Notes under the pieces: generated by a model
Databases searched by the model: none
Told to the model about the DNA's origin: nothing
What the model saw: only the letters and a program-made list of their open reading frames with translations
In this document: one piece after another, positions 9,435 through 17,490 of the stretch
How the letters are laid out: each line of letters opens with the position of its first letter
Position numbering within the stretch: position 1 is the first letter of the stretch
Made by a program: the position numbers and the translations under genes
Source: an uncultured Clostridia bacterium
GTDB lineage: Bacteria > Bacillota > Clostridia > TANB77 > CAG-508
Direction: 5' to 3'
DNA length: 64,000 nucleotides
Assembly: GCA_934120645.1 (NCBI GenBank)
Contig: CAKOUO010000001.1
Location: forward strand, 131,273 to 195,272

Positions 9435-12257
9435 ATGAATAAAAAAACCAAAAGAAAAATAATAGTAATACTAATATTAGCAATATTAACATTTGCAAAT
9501 ATAGTATCAGCTGTAGCAGTACATTCTAACACAAATACAAATACAGTTGAAAATGGAAAAGAATTAGAATTTACAATTCGATTTAATGAAAAAGTTATAA
9601 CTGCAGATTTTTCAGTTCATTTTGACTCAGATAATTTAACATATATTGGAACATCAATAGAAGATTTAAAAACCAATTATATAAAAGAAAAATCTGAAAT
9701 GATTTGTTGTTATTATGATGTTAATAAAATTGGAACAGATACAATTTCGTTTAAATTTAAAGCAAATAAAGAAACAAATAAAACAAATATAAGAGTAACA
9801 AATATTACAGTACATACAAATTCTACAGAAATGCAAATTAATGATATTATTAGCGAAAATATTAAAATAATTAAAACTAATACAGAAACAAATAATAATA
9901 TAGTTCAAAATATAGTTAATAATTCAAACATACAACAGCAATTAGATGATTTAACAAAAAATGAAAATAAAGATACTACAACGGCAATAAGAGCATTACC
10001 TAAAACAGGTTTAGAATTTGATTTAAAAGATTTTTTAACAATAGTTATAGTAGGTTTGATTTTAATAATAGTGATAAAAAATGATAAATTAAGTAAAAAA
10101 ATAAAAATAATAATTTCTATAATTATTATTTTAATGGGAACAATGATATTTCTTAGTAAATATGTTTTTGCAAAAAATGATGACAAAATTTTTATAAATA
10201 AAACTGACAAAACTATTTTAATAGTACTTTCAACTTCAAATGAAGAAAGAAGTATGAGTATACAAAACTTTAAAGAAAAAACAAAAGCTGTAAATATAGA
10301 TAATAGTATACTTTTATCAGGAGTAACAGCAACATTTAAAAATAATGAAAAATATACAATAGAAGTATTTAGAGATGAAAACAAAAATGGATATGTAAAT
10401 TCAAGTGATATTTTTGAACTTTTAAATAATGAAAATATAAATACAAAAGATATAGAAGAACTTTGTAATTTTATTATAAAGAAAGAAGAATTTAAAAAAT
10501 ATAATAATATACAAAATGGATATGAAGAATTTAATGAAAAATCTATTATAACACCAAATGTAACACCATTAGAACCTGCAACAGATAGATATACACCTGT
10601 AAAAAATATAACAGAACTTAAAAACTTAAATGCAAAAGTAGGGGAGAAGTATAAAACATTAGGATATTATGAAGAAAATGATGGTGGTGCAGGAAGATAT
10701 GATATTATAGAAAAAACTTCAAATATAAAAGTAGATAATGGCTTATATATTGAATTAAATAACGGCTTAATCGCAAAGCTTGCAATTATAAAAGATACTA
10801 TTAATGTTAAACAATTTGGAGCCAAAGGAAATAGCATAAATAATGATACAGAATATTTAAGAAAAGCTATAAATTCTGGAATTGCTAATGTTGAATTTCC
10901 AAAAGGTGAATATAAAATTACAGACATTATAAGGTTGGAAACACCATCTACAAATATAATTGGAAATAATAGTACTATTTTTACAGATAATGATTTTAAT
11001 CCAGAAAAAACAAGTGAATTTTTATTTATTATGCAATCAGATAACTGTAATATAAGTAATTTAAATATTGAAGCAAGAGAGACAAAAAACATTGAAAATT
11101 TATATAATTCTCAGGTTTATGTTGGTGCTACAAATATAAAGATTATAGGTTGCACATTTAAAATTCCAGAAACAGCAAGTAGGGAACATTCATATGGCAA
11201 TATTGATTTATATACTGGTTGGCACAATGTGTTAATAGAAAATTGCAATTTATATTTAGCAAATGATGCCAAAGAAGGTGGATGCATTTGGGTTAGAGAC
11301 TTATTTAATAGAGGGGCAAGTGACTTAACATTTATAAATAATAAATGCTATAAAAAGTGCCATGATGAAATATTAGCAGTATTTATGGGAAGTATAGAAA
11401 ATGTTAATATTTTAAACAATACATTTATAATGCCAAATAGTACTGATCCAAGTACAATGTGTTTTACTTTAGGATCTGCTTCTAGTAAAAAAGCTGAAAA
11501 TATTAGATTTGAAGGAAATACAATAGATACTAAGGCTACAATGAGCTTATTAATTTCTAGAAATGCTACTAATTTAAGCATTAAAAATAATAAAGTTAAA
11601 TTTGAACGTGTAACAACATTAACAAATACATTTTTAATATATTTTCCAGAAAATAATTTAAAAGATGTAGTAATAGAGAATAATAATTTTGAAATTAATA
11701 ATAATACAGATAAATCAATAAATGGATTTATAGCTTCAAATTCTGAAAATATAATATTTAAAGAAAATACAATAACAGTAAATAGTGAAATTTCTGAAGT
11801 GTTTACAGGTGAATATACTACTACAAATAATAATATAACTTTTAATGGCTTTGCTAAAATCTTAGCAAATAAACCAAAAGAATTTATAGGAAACCATATT
11901 ATATTTAATAAAGGATTTGGTTCAATAGCTCAATATTATAATGGTAAACTTGATTGGGATAGTAATATAAAAAATAATATTTTTGAGAATAATTATGATG
12001 AAATTAGTGCAAATGAAAAATCAATATTACTAATGTTTAATGGAGGAAGTTTAAATAACCATATTGTTGATTTTGAAGAAAATACTATAAAGTCTGATAA
12101 AGCTAATTATGGACAAAATTTAATTTATCTTTTAAATTTGTCTGATGAAGAATCTCAAACTATCAAAATTATTAATAATAAAATTAATGGATATAAACAG
12201 GGATGGAAGGACAAAAATCAAGAAAAGCATAATATTATAACAGATAATAATACATAA
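9435..12257 (+). CDS. Surface protein: signal peptide, cohesin-like domain, internal LPKTG sorting signal, second TM, dockerin-like Ca loop, right-handed beta-helix
   Basis: One uninterrupted 940-codon ORF. Signal peptide aa 1-27. LPKTG at aa 188-192. The INVKQFGAKGNSINNDTEYLRKAI start is typical of pectate-lyase-3/tailspike-like beta-helices. The repetitive N-rich parallel-helix region runs to the C-terminus. Confidence 0.7.
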   Translation: MNKKTKRKIIVILILAILTFANIVSAVAVHSNTNTNTVENGKELEFTIRFNEKVITADFSVHFDSDNLTYIGTSIEDLKTNYIKEKSEMICCYYDVNKIGTDTISFKFKANKETNKTNIRVTNITVHTNSTEMQINDIISENIKIIKTNTETNNNIVQNIVNNSNIQQQLDDLTKNENKDTTTAIRALPKTGLEFDLKDFLTIVIVGLILIIVIKNDKLSKKIKIIISIIIILMGTMIFLSKYVFAKNDDKIFINKTDKTILIVLSTSNEERSMSIQNFKEKTKAVNIDNSILLSGVTATFKNNEKYTIEVFRDENKNGYVNSSDIFELLNNENINTKDIEELCNFIIKKEEFKKYNNIQNGYEEFNEKSIITPNVTPLEPATDRYTPVKNITELKNLNAKVGEKYKTLGYYEENDGGAGRYDIIEKTSNIKVDNGLYIELNNGLIAKLAIIKDTINVKQFGAKGNSINNDTEYLRKAINSGIANVEFPKGEYKITDIIRLETPSTNIIGNNSTIFTDNDFNPEKTSEFLFIMQSDNCNISNLNIEARETKNIENLYNSQVYVGATNIKIIGCTFKIPETASREHSYGNIDLYTGWHNVLIENCNLYLANDAKEGGCIWVRDLFNRGASDLTFINNKCYKKCHDEILAVFMGSIENVNILNNTFIMPNSTDPSTMCFTLGSASSKKAENIRFEGNTIDTKATMSLLISRNATNLSIKNNKVKFERVTTLTNTFLIYFPENNLKDVVIENNNFEINNNTDKSINGFIASNSENIIFKENTITVNSEISEVFTGEYTTTNNNITFNGFAKILANKPKEFIGNHIIFNKGFGSIAQYYNGKLDWDSNIKNNIFENNYDEISANEKSILLMFNGGSLNNHIVDFEENTIKSDKANYGQNLIYLLNLSDEESQTIKIINNKINGYKQGWKDKNQEKHNIITDNNT
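9996..10076 (+). other. Sortase sorting signal (LPKTG + hydrophobic helix, followed by a basic tail) located inside the ORF
   Basis: LPKTG at 9996-10010 and FLTIVIVGLILIIVI at 10032-10076, followed by KNDKLSKKIK. A second hydrophobic helix lies at 10107-10169. Confidence 0.6.
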
Positions 12258-12346
12258 AGACATATAATAAAATATTGCATAATTCGACAAAAAATGATAG
12301 AATAAAAAAGTACATTAAATTACATATGTTGAAAGGAGATATATAT

Positions 12347-12739
12347 ATGACAAATCAATATAATGTAGACATTCGGAATCTTCCAATTGTTGTCATAAAA
12401 GCAATCCGGGATGACGAAAACATTGTAAATGTATTATTATTAACAAAAGGTGCAAGTGAATGCTTGTATGTAATTCAGAGCCATTCAGAAGAAACAGGCA
12501 AAGAAATTTTTCGTGTGGTTTCTTATGGTAAGAGTGAGATAGAATATTTTTTGAAAAATGCAGACACTTCACAGTTAGATTTTCAAAAAAAGCATGCTAT
12601 CGAAAAAATACATTTGCTAATCGAAACTTTAATTGAGGAATACTCAATCAAAGAAACGGATTGCTTATATATCGGCAAACAAAAAACAAGTATATCTTCT
12701 ATCCAAAACATTGATGATTTTATTAAATTAATGTTTTAA
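12347..12739 (+). CDS. Hypothetical protein (130 aa, orphan)
   Basis: ATG 12347 lies 9 nt after GGAG (12334-12337); the longer track ORF from 12275 lacks an RBS. Has its own terminator. CGG codons are atypical for the surrounding DNA. Confidence 0.5.
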   Translation: MTNQYNVDIRNLPIVVIKAIRDDENIVNVLLLTKGASECLYVIQSHSEETGKEIFRVVSYGKSEIEYFLKNADTSQLDFQKKHAIEKIHLLIETLIEEYSIKETDCLYIGKQKTSISSIQNIDDFIKLMF

Positions 12740-12766
12740 AAGCCCGTTAAGGGCTTTTTTATTTTT
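12739..12766 (+). terminator. Intrinsic terminator
   Basis: aaagccc-gttaa-gggcttt stem-loop followed by a T-run. Confidence 0.6.
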
Positions 12767-12844
12767 ATAATATTGAAAAATTATGGATTTTGTGTTAATA
12801 TAATAAAGACATTTTAATAATAACATTAGGAAGGAGTCTTTTAT

Positions 12845-13129
12845 ATGGTAAAAGAAAGTATAACGTTTACAGAGAACGGAAAGCGGGAAGTAACAATAAC
12901 CTTGCCTTTAAAAAGAACTATGCAAAATAAGGCAATAACAGAAAATGATTATGATGATTATCTGCAAAGAAAAACGCAGGTATTGTCATATGATGCATTT
13001 GCATATGATTTGACATTGACACTATATAAAGTGTCGTTACAGAATGCAATTGTCTTCAATTACCGCGGGTCCGAAGAAAATATTCAGAAGTTTATTTCTA
13101 AGTGGAAACCTGATATACAAGAATTTTAG
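12845..13129 (+). CDS. Hypothetical protein (94 aa, orphan)
   Basis: AAGGAG (12831-12836) lies 8 nt before the ATG. Has its own terminator. CGG/CGC/GGG codons. Confidence 0.5.
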   Translation: MVKESITFTENGKREVTITLPLKRTMQNKAITENDYDDYLQRKTQVLSYDAFAYDLTLTLYKVSLQNAIVFNYRGSEENIQKFISKWKPDIQEF

Positions 13130-13139
13130 AAGACTTCAA

Positions 13140-13175
13140 TAGGGAGACGGAAATTCATCTCCCTATATTTTTATT
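13140..13175 (+). terminator. Intrinsic terminator
   Basis: tagggaga (13140-13147) pairs with tctcccta (13158-13165) around a 10-nt loop, followed by a T-rich tail. Confidence 0.55.
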
Positions 13176-13193
13176 AAACGGGAGAGTGAAAAT

Positions 13194-14301
13194 ATGTTAG
13201 AATTAGAAGAAACAATAAAAAAACTTCAAGAATTAAAAGAAAAAATAACGAATTTAGGTGAATCTCTTTGACATATCTAATTTACAAATAGAATTAAATG
13301 AATTAGAAGAAGAAACAAATAAACAAGAATTTTGGAATAATAATGAAAATACAACTAAAGTATTATCAAGAATAAAAAAAATAAAAAATAAATGTATAAA
13401 ATATAATGAATTAAAAAAAGAAATTAATAATTTATTAGAATTATCAGAACTAGTAAAACAAGAATACGATGAAGAAATAGCAATTGATATTATAAAAAAT
13501 ACAAAAAAACAAGAAAAAAACTTTGAAAAATTAGAACTTGAAACACTACTATCTGGTAAATATGATTCAAATAATGCAATAATTACAATTCATCCAGGAG
13601 CAGGAGGAACAGAATCACAAGATTGGGCAGAAATGCTATATAGAATGTATACTAGATGGGCAACCAAAAGCGATTATGAAGTAAAAGAACTTGATTATTT
13701 AGAAGGAGAAGAAGCTGGGTTAAAAAGCGTTACATTTGAAATAATAGGACAAAACGCTTATGGATATATGAAAAGTGAAAAAGGAGTTCATAGATTAGTT
13801 AGAATTTCACCATTCGACAGTGGAGGAAGAAGACATACATCATTTGCATCTGTTGAAGTTTTACCAGAAATAACAGAAGATATAGAAATAAATATAAACC
13901 CAGATGATTTAAGAATAGATACTTATAGAGCATCCGGAGCAGGAGGACAACATATAAATAAAACATCATCAGCAGTAAGAATAACACATATACCAACAAA
14001 CATTGTAGTAGCCTGCCAATCAGAACGTTCACAAATTCAAAATAGAGAAACAGCAATGAAAATGTTAAAATCCAAATTATTAGATTTAAAAGAACAAGAA
14101 CATAAAGAAAAAATAGAAGATTTAAAAGGAGAACAAAGAGAAATCGCATGGGGAAGCCAAATACGCTCTTATGTATTTTGCCCATACACAATGGTAAAAG
14201 ACCACAGAACCAATTACGAAGTTGGAAATGTTCAAGCAGTAATGGATGGAGATTTAGATGGTTTTATGGAAAGCTATTTAAAACAAAAAAGTTGTCAATA
14301 G
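13194..14301 (+). CDS. prfB: Peptide chain release factor 2, expressed through a programmed +1 frameshift (13194-13268 joined to 13270-14301)
   Basis: ATG 13194 opens a 25-codon frame ending CTT TGA C (TGA at 13269-13271). The long ORF in the +1 frame carries the SPF motif (ISPFDSGGRRHTSF) and GGQ (SGAGGQHINK). Confidence 0.93.
13256..13272 (+). promoter_or_regulatory. RF2 autoregulatory +1 frameshift site
   Basis: SD-like AGGTG (13256-13260) lies upstream of the slippery CTT TGA C (13266-13272), the canonical prfB recoding signal. Confidence 0.85.
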
Positions 14302-14321
14302 GGACGCCCCTTTTTGACAAC
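14291..14321 (+). repeat. Hairpin repeat copy 1 (TGTCAATAGGGACGSSCCTTTTTGACA family), also the prfB terminator
   Basis: gttgtcaa-tagggacgccccttt-ttgacaac followed by a T-run. The prfB stop TAG (14299-14301) lies inside it. Near-identical copies are at 49751-49783 and 49824-49854. Confidence 0.75.
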
Positions 14322-14407
14322 TTTTTTGTTTGTATATAATATAATGTATAGAGCCATATTTTTAATAAAATAAGGCTCGATATATTTTTTTAAAGAGGGT
14401 GGTCCAA

Positions 14408-15370
14408 ATGGACACAATAGTTATGAAGTTTGGAGGAAGTTCAGTTGCTAATAATGATAGATTAAAGCTTGTAGCACAAAAAATAATTGATTTATATAAT
14501 AAAGATAATAATATTGTAGTTATACTTTCTGCACAAGGAAAAACAACAGATAAATTAATTAAAGAGGCCAATGAACTTTCTAAAAATACAAAAGATAGAG
14601 AAATGGATATGTTACTTAGTTCAGGTGAACAAATATCAATAGCAAAATTAAGTATTTTATTAAATGAATTAGGATATAATGCAATTTCGTTAACTGGCTG
14701 GCAAGCTGGCATTTTAACTAATAAAACAAATCAAAATGCGATTATAAAAAATATAGATACTACAAGGATATTAAAAGAATTAAATAAAAGAAAAATTGTA
14801 ATTATAGCAGGATTTCAGGGGTATAACGAAAATTTAGATATTACGACATTGGGGAGAGGAGGTTCAGATACATCTGCCGTTGCCATAGCAGCTGCTTTAA
14901 AAGCAAAAGAATGCTATATTTTTTCAGATGTTGATGGTGTTTATACGGCTGATCCAAATAAGTTACCAGAAGCAAAGAAGATACCTGCACTTTCTTATAA
15001 TGAAATGATAGAAATTTCTAGTGAGGGAGCAAAAGTACTTCATAACAGATGTGCTGAAATAGGAGAAAAGTTTAAAATTCCGATTATTACTAAATCTACT
15101 TTTAATAATAAGGCCGGTAGTATTATTACAGATATCATTGAAGAAAATACTATAAAAAGTGTTGTAAAAAGAGACATTTCAAGAATTTCTATTGTTGGAA
15201 ATGGTGTTATTAGAAATTATAATTTTATTAAAAAAATTTTAGATATTTTTGCTGAAAATAAGTTGGAAATGTTAGAGTTTAATGTTTCTGAATCTAAAAT
15301 TTCTATAGATTTTAAAAATGTAATTAGTGATGAAATATTAAAAAAAGTCCATTCAATCATATTAAAATAA
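14408..15370 (+). CDS. Aspartate kinase (short form, apparently a single ACT domain)
   Basis: MKFGGSSV N-terminus and the TLGRGGSDTSAVAIAAAL and DVDGVYTADP motifs. ATG 14408 lies 8 nt after AAGAGGG. About 320 aa. Confidence 0.88.
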   Translation: MDTIVMKFGGSSVANNDRLKLVAQKIIDLYNKDNNIVVILSAQGKTTDKLIKEANELSKNTKDREMDMLLSSGEQISIAKLSILLNELGYNAISLTGWQAGILTNKTNQNAIIKNIDTTRILKELNKRKIVIIAGFQGYNENLDITTLGRGGSDTSAVAIAAALKAKECYIFSDVDGVYTADPNKLPEAKKIPALSYNEMIEISSEGAKVLHNRCAEIGEKFKIPIITKSTFNNKAGSIITDIIEENTIKSVVKRDISRISIVGNGVIRNYNFIKKILDIFAENKLEMLEFNVSESKISIDFKNVISDEILKKVHSIILK

Positions 15371-15375
15371 AAGAC

Positions 15376-15404
15376 AGAGAGCCAAACAAGTAGTTTAGCT
15401 CTCT
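15376..15404. terminator. Bidirectional terminator hairpin
   Basis: agagagc/gctctct stem with a 15-nt loop, between convergent genes. Confidence 0.45.
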
Positions 15405-15416
15405 TTTAAGAAGTTA

Positions 15417-16826
15417 TTATTTTTCAACAGCTTTGTCGATACCATAAGAGTTTACCCGGTACACATAGCCCATTCCAAGAATACCTGTTTTTTTGATACC
15501 AAGTTCTTTTTGTGCTCTTGCTTCAAGTGCTTCTTTATTTTTTGGCTCGCCATGATTGAATAGAATTGACAAAGGTGCAAATTGTAGAAAAAATTCAATT
15601 ATCTGGTCTGCAGTTGCATGTGATGAAAATTCACCAGTTTGCTTTACTTCTGCATTTTTAATTACAGAGTGACCATCTTTAAATAGAATTTCTTCACCAT
15701 AGTCTGCTTCAACAATCTTTTTAGCAAGAGTACCTTCAGATGCATATCCAGGGATATACAACAAAGCATTTGAATTGGATAAGAAATGAGGAATATATGT
15801 TGCTGCTGGTCCATTACTTCCCATACCAGATGTAGAAATAAATATTGCTCTTTCCGTAGAATTCAAGAGAGCCGGTCTTGTTTTATTATCTACAAACTGA
15901 ATATTGTAAGGGAAGAAATTTTTGGCTTCTTCTCTTAAGCGCAGAATGTTACTGCGGTCAAGATATCGAAATGTATAGGCTGCTGTAGTTGTACCGTCAA
16001 CCCGTACAGGATAATCTTTAGGAATTTTTCCTTCATCCTGCAATTTTCTTATACGGTACATTAATTCCTGAGCTCGTCCTTGACCAAAAGCACAATTAAA
16101 TATTAATTGGTTTCTTGAACAAGCCTCAACAATGTCATCTTCCCAGATTTGCTGGATGTCACAAGAATTTGTAGAACCATATGTTGCTTCTGAAATGATA
16201 GTCAAATTGGGTAATGCATATACCCAATATGGAAATGGCTTAATATCCAAAAAGATGTTATTAGGCTTATAGTCTCCTGTATAAAGAAGATTAATAATTC
16301 CGCCCGGTTCATCAATTTGAACCAAAATACAAGAAGCTCCAATTAGATGCCCATTATTAAAGAATGTTACACTGATGTTGCTATGAATCTTTACAGTTTG
16401 TTCATACTTAACGGTTTCAATTTGCTTAATGGTCTGATTAATATCACTTTCTGAAAAAAGAATTGGCCGTTTTTTTAATTTAGCATCTCTTTTCATGATG
16501 TTGTAGCTGTCCAATAGACCAATATCTATAACAGCTGCTGATGCGTCAGACATGTAGATTTTCTTGTTGTAACCTTTTCTAACAAAGATAGGTAGTGCAC
16601 CATCGTGGTCCAGGTGGGTGTGAGTAAGTAATATTGCATTAATTTTTTCTGGATTGACGCTATCATTATACTCAATACCGTGATGACCTTCACCTTGATA
16701 CATACCATAGTCTACTAAAAACCGAAACTTTTCTCCATCAGAAAAATGAACGGTATTTCTAATACATGAACCTGTTACGCCTTTATGATATCCACGTATG
16801 TCGACATAAGGTTTTCCTTTTGCCAT
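15417..16826 (-). CDS. Beta-CASP metallo-beta-lactamase-fold nuclease (CPSF/TTHA0252-like)
   Basis: VTGS...DYGMYQG N-terminus and HTHLDHDG (HxHxDH, nt 16605-16622). Also NNGHLIGAS, YTGDY, SEATYG (motif A), FSSHA (motif B) and NHGE (motif C). The second ATG (16826) has correct spacing to AAAGGAG. Confidence 0.8.
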   Translation of the reverse strand: MAKGKPYVDIRGYHKGVTGSCIRNTVHFSDGEKFRFLVDYGMYQGEGHHGIEYNDSVNPEKINAILLTHTHLDHDGALPIFVRKGYNKKIYMSDASAAVIDIGLLDSYNIMKRDAKLKKRPILFSESDINQTIKQIETVKYEQTVKIHSNISVTFFNNGHLIGASCILVQIDEPGGIINLLYTGDYKPNNIFLDIKPFPYWVYALPNLTIISEATYGSTNSCDIQQIWEDDIVEACSRNQLIFNCAFGQGRAQELMYRIRKLQDEGKIPKDYPVRVDGTTTAAYTFRYLDRSNILRLREEAKNFFPYNIQFVDNKTRPALLNSTERAIFISTSGMGSNGPAATYIPHFLSNSNALLYIPGYASEGTLAKKIVEADYGEEILFKDGHSVIKNAEVKQTGEFSSHATADQIIEFFLQFAPLSILFNHGEPKNKEALEARAQKELGIKKTGILGMGYVYRVNSYGIDKAVEK

Positions 16827-16905
16827 ATTCATAACTCCTTTCTTTTCACAAAACTTTGATTTTATGCCATTTTATAAAACAGCAAGCTAAAGAGTTTCTA
16901 TACAA

Positions 16906-16934
16906 ATTTTATCATTATTACATGATTATGTCAA
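16906..16934 (-). promoter_or_regulatory. Putative sigma-A promoter of the beta-CASP gene
   Basis: On the minus strand: TTGACA (16934-16929), 17-nt spacer, TAAAAT (16911-16906). Confidence 0.5.
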
Positions 16935-16972
16935 TTAATATATACAAAATTTAAGATTTTTTGCTTCAATTG

Positions 16973-17001
16973 TTTACATTAACAAATAAAAGTGTTAAGA
17001 T
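16973..17001 (+). promoter_or_regulatory. Putative promoter of the 108-aa orphan
   Basis: TTTACA (16973-16978), 17-nt spacer, TGtTAAGAT extended -10 (16993-17001). Confidence 0.4.
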
Positions 17002-17048
17002 AATAAGTATAAAAGTGATTATTTCACTAGCAGAAAGGAGCTTCGCTT

Positions 17049-17375
17049 ATGCTAAACCGGAAGAAAAATGGCAATATAGAAGATATAGCAATTGAAGTTA
17101 ACCAATGGAGGGATGAAAAAAGGAAACAAGTAACAATAAACTTATTTCCAGGTGAGGAAGAATATCTAACAGAAAAATTAAACTGTATAGTTTTACCAAT
17201 ATTTTATGAAATTACAGACAAACATTTAGATAATATGAAAAATTGTCCTAATTTCGTAAAAGAAAACTACAGTACAAAAAGCAAAAAAGTTTTTAAGTTA
17301 AATAAACGCGAAAGACGATTGTTAGATAGTCAAGGAATTGAATATAAACCATTGGGGTATATTGTGTTTCTGTGA
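17049..17375 (+). CDS. Hypothetical protein (108 aa, orphan)
   Basis: AAAGGAG (17034-17040) lies 8 nt before the ATG. Has its own terminator. No recognisable motif. Confidence 0.5.
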   Translation: MLNRKKNGNIEDIAIEVNQWRDEKRKQVTINLFPGEEEYLTEKLNCIVLPIFYEITDKHLDNMKNCPNFVKENYSTKSKKVFKLNKRERRLLDSQGIEYKPLGYIVFL

Positions 17376-17378
17376 AAA

Positions 17379-17408
17379 AAGAGCAAGTTTTATTCTTGCT
17401 CTTTTTTT
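17379..17408 (+). terminator. Intrinsic terminator
   Basis: aagagcaag/cttgctctt 9-bp stem followed by a T-run. Confidence 0.65.
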
Positions 17409-17417
17409 GGACTTAAT

Positions 17418-17446
17418 TTGACAAAATTGTATTCCGGATGTAAAAT
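17418..17446 (+). promoter_or_regulatory. Putative sigma-A promoter of the Clp-AAA/M41 gene
   Basis: TTGACA (17418-17423), 17-nt spacer, TAAAAT (17441-17446). AAGGAGG RBS at 17477-17483. Confidence 0.5.
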
Positions 17447-17490
17447 AATTATGTTACTTATTATATAAACATTTATAAGGAGGCTTTATT

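Noticed and set aside
14302-14407. Lysine riboswitch or T-box leader upstream of aspartate kinase.
   Set aside because: Only about 100 nt are available, and most of that is taken up by the prfB terminator repeat and one simple hairpin. No conserved riboswitch core is recognisable.
12845-17375. Possible homology between the 94-aa (12845) and 108-aa (17049) orphans (GKREVTITLP versus KRKQVTINLFP).
   Set aside because: The similarity is limited to one short basic/beta-strand-like segment. It is too weak to claim without a statistical alignment.
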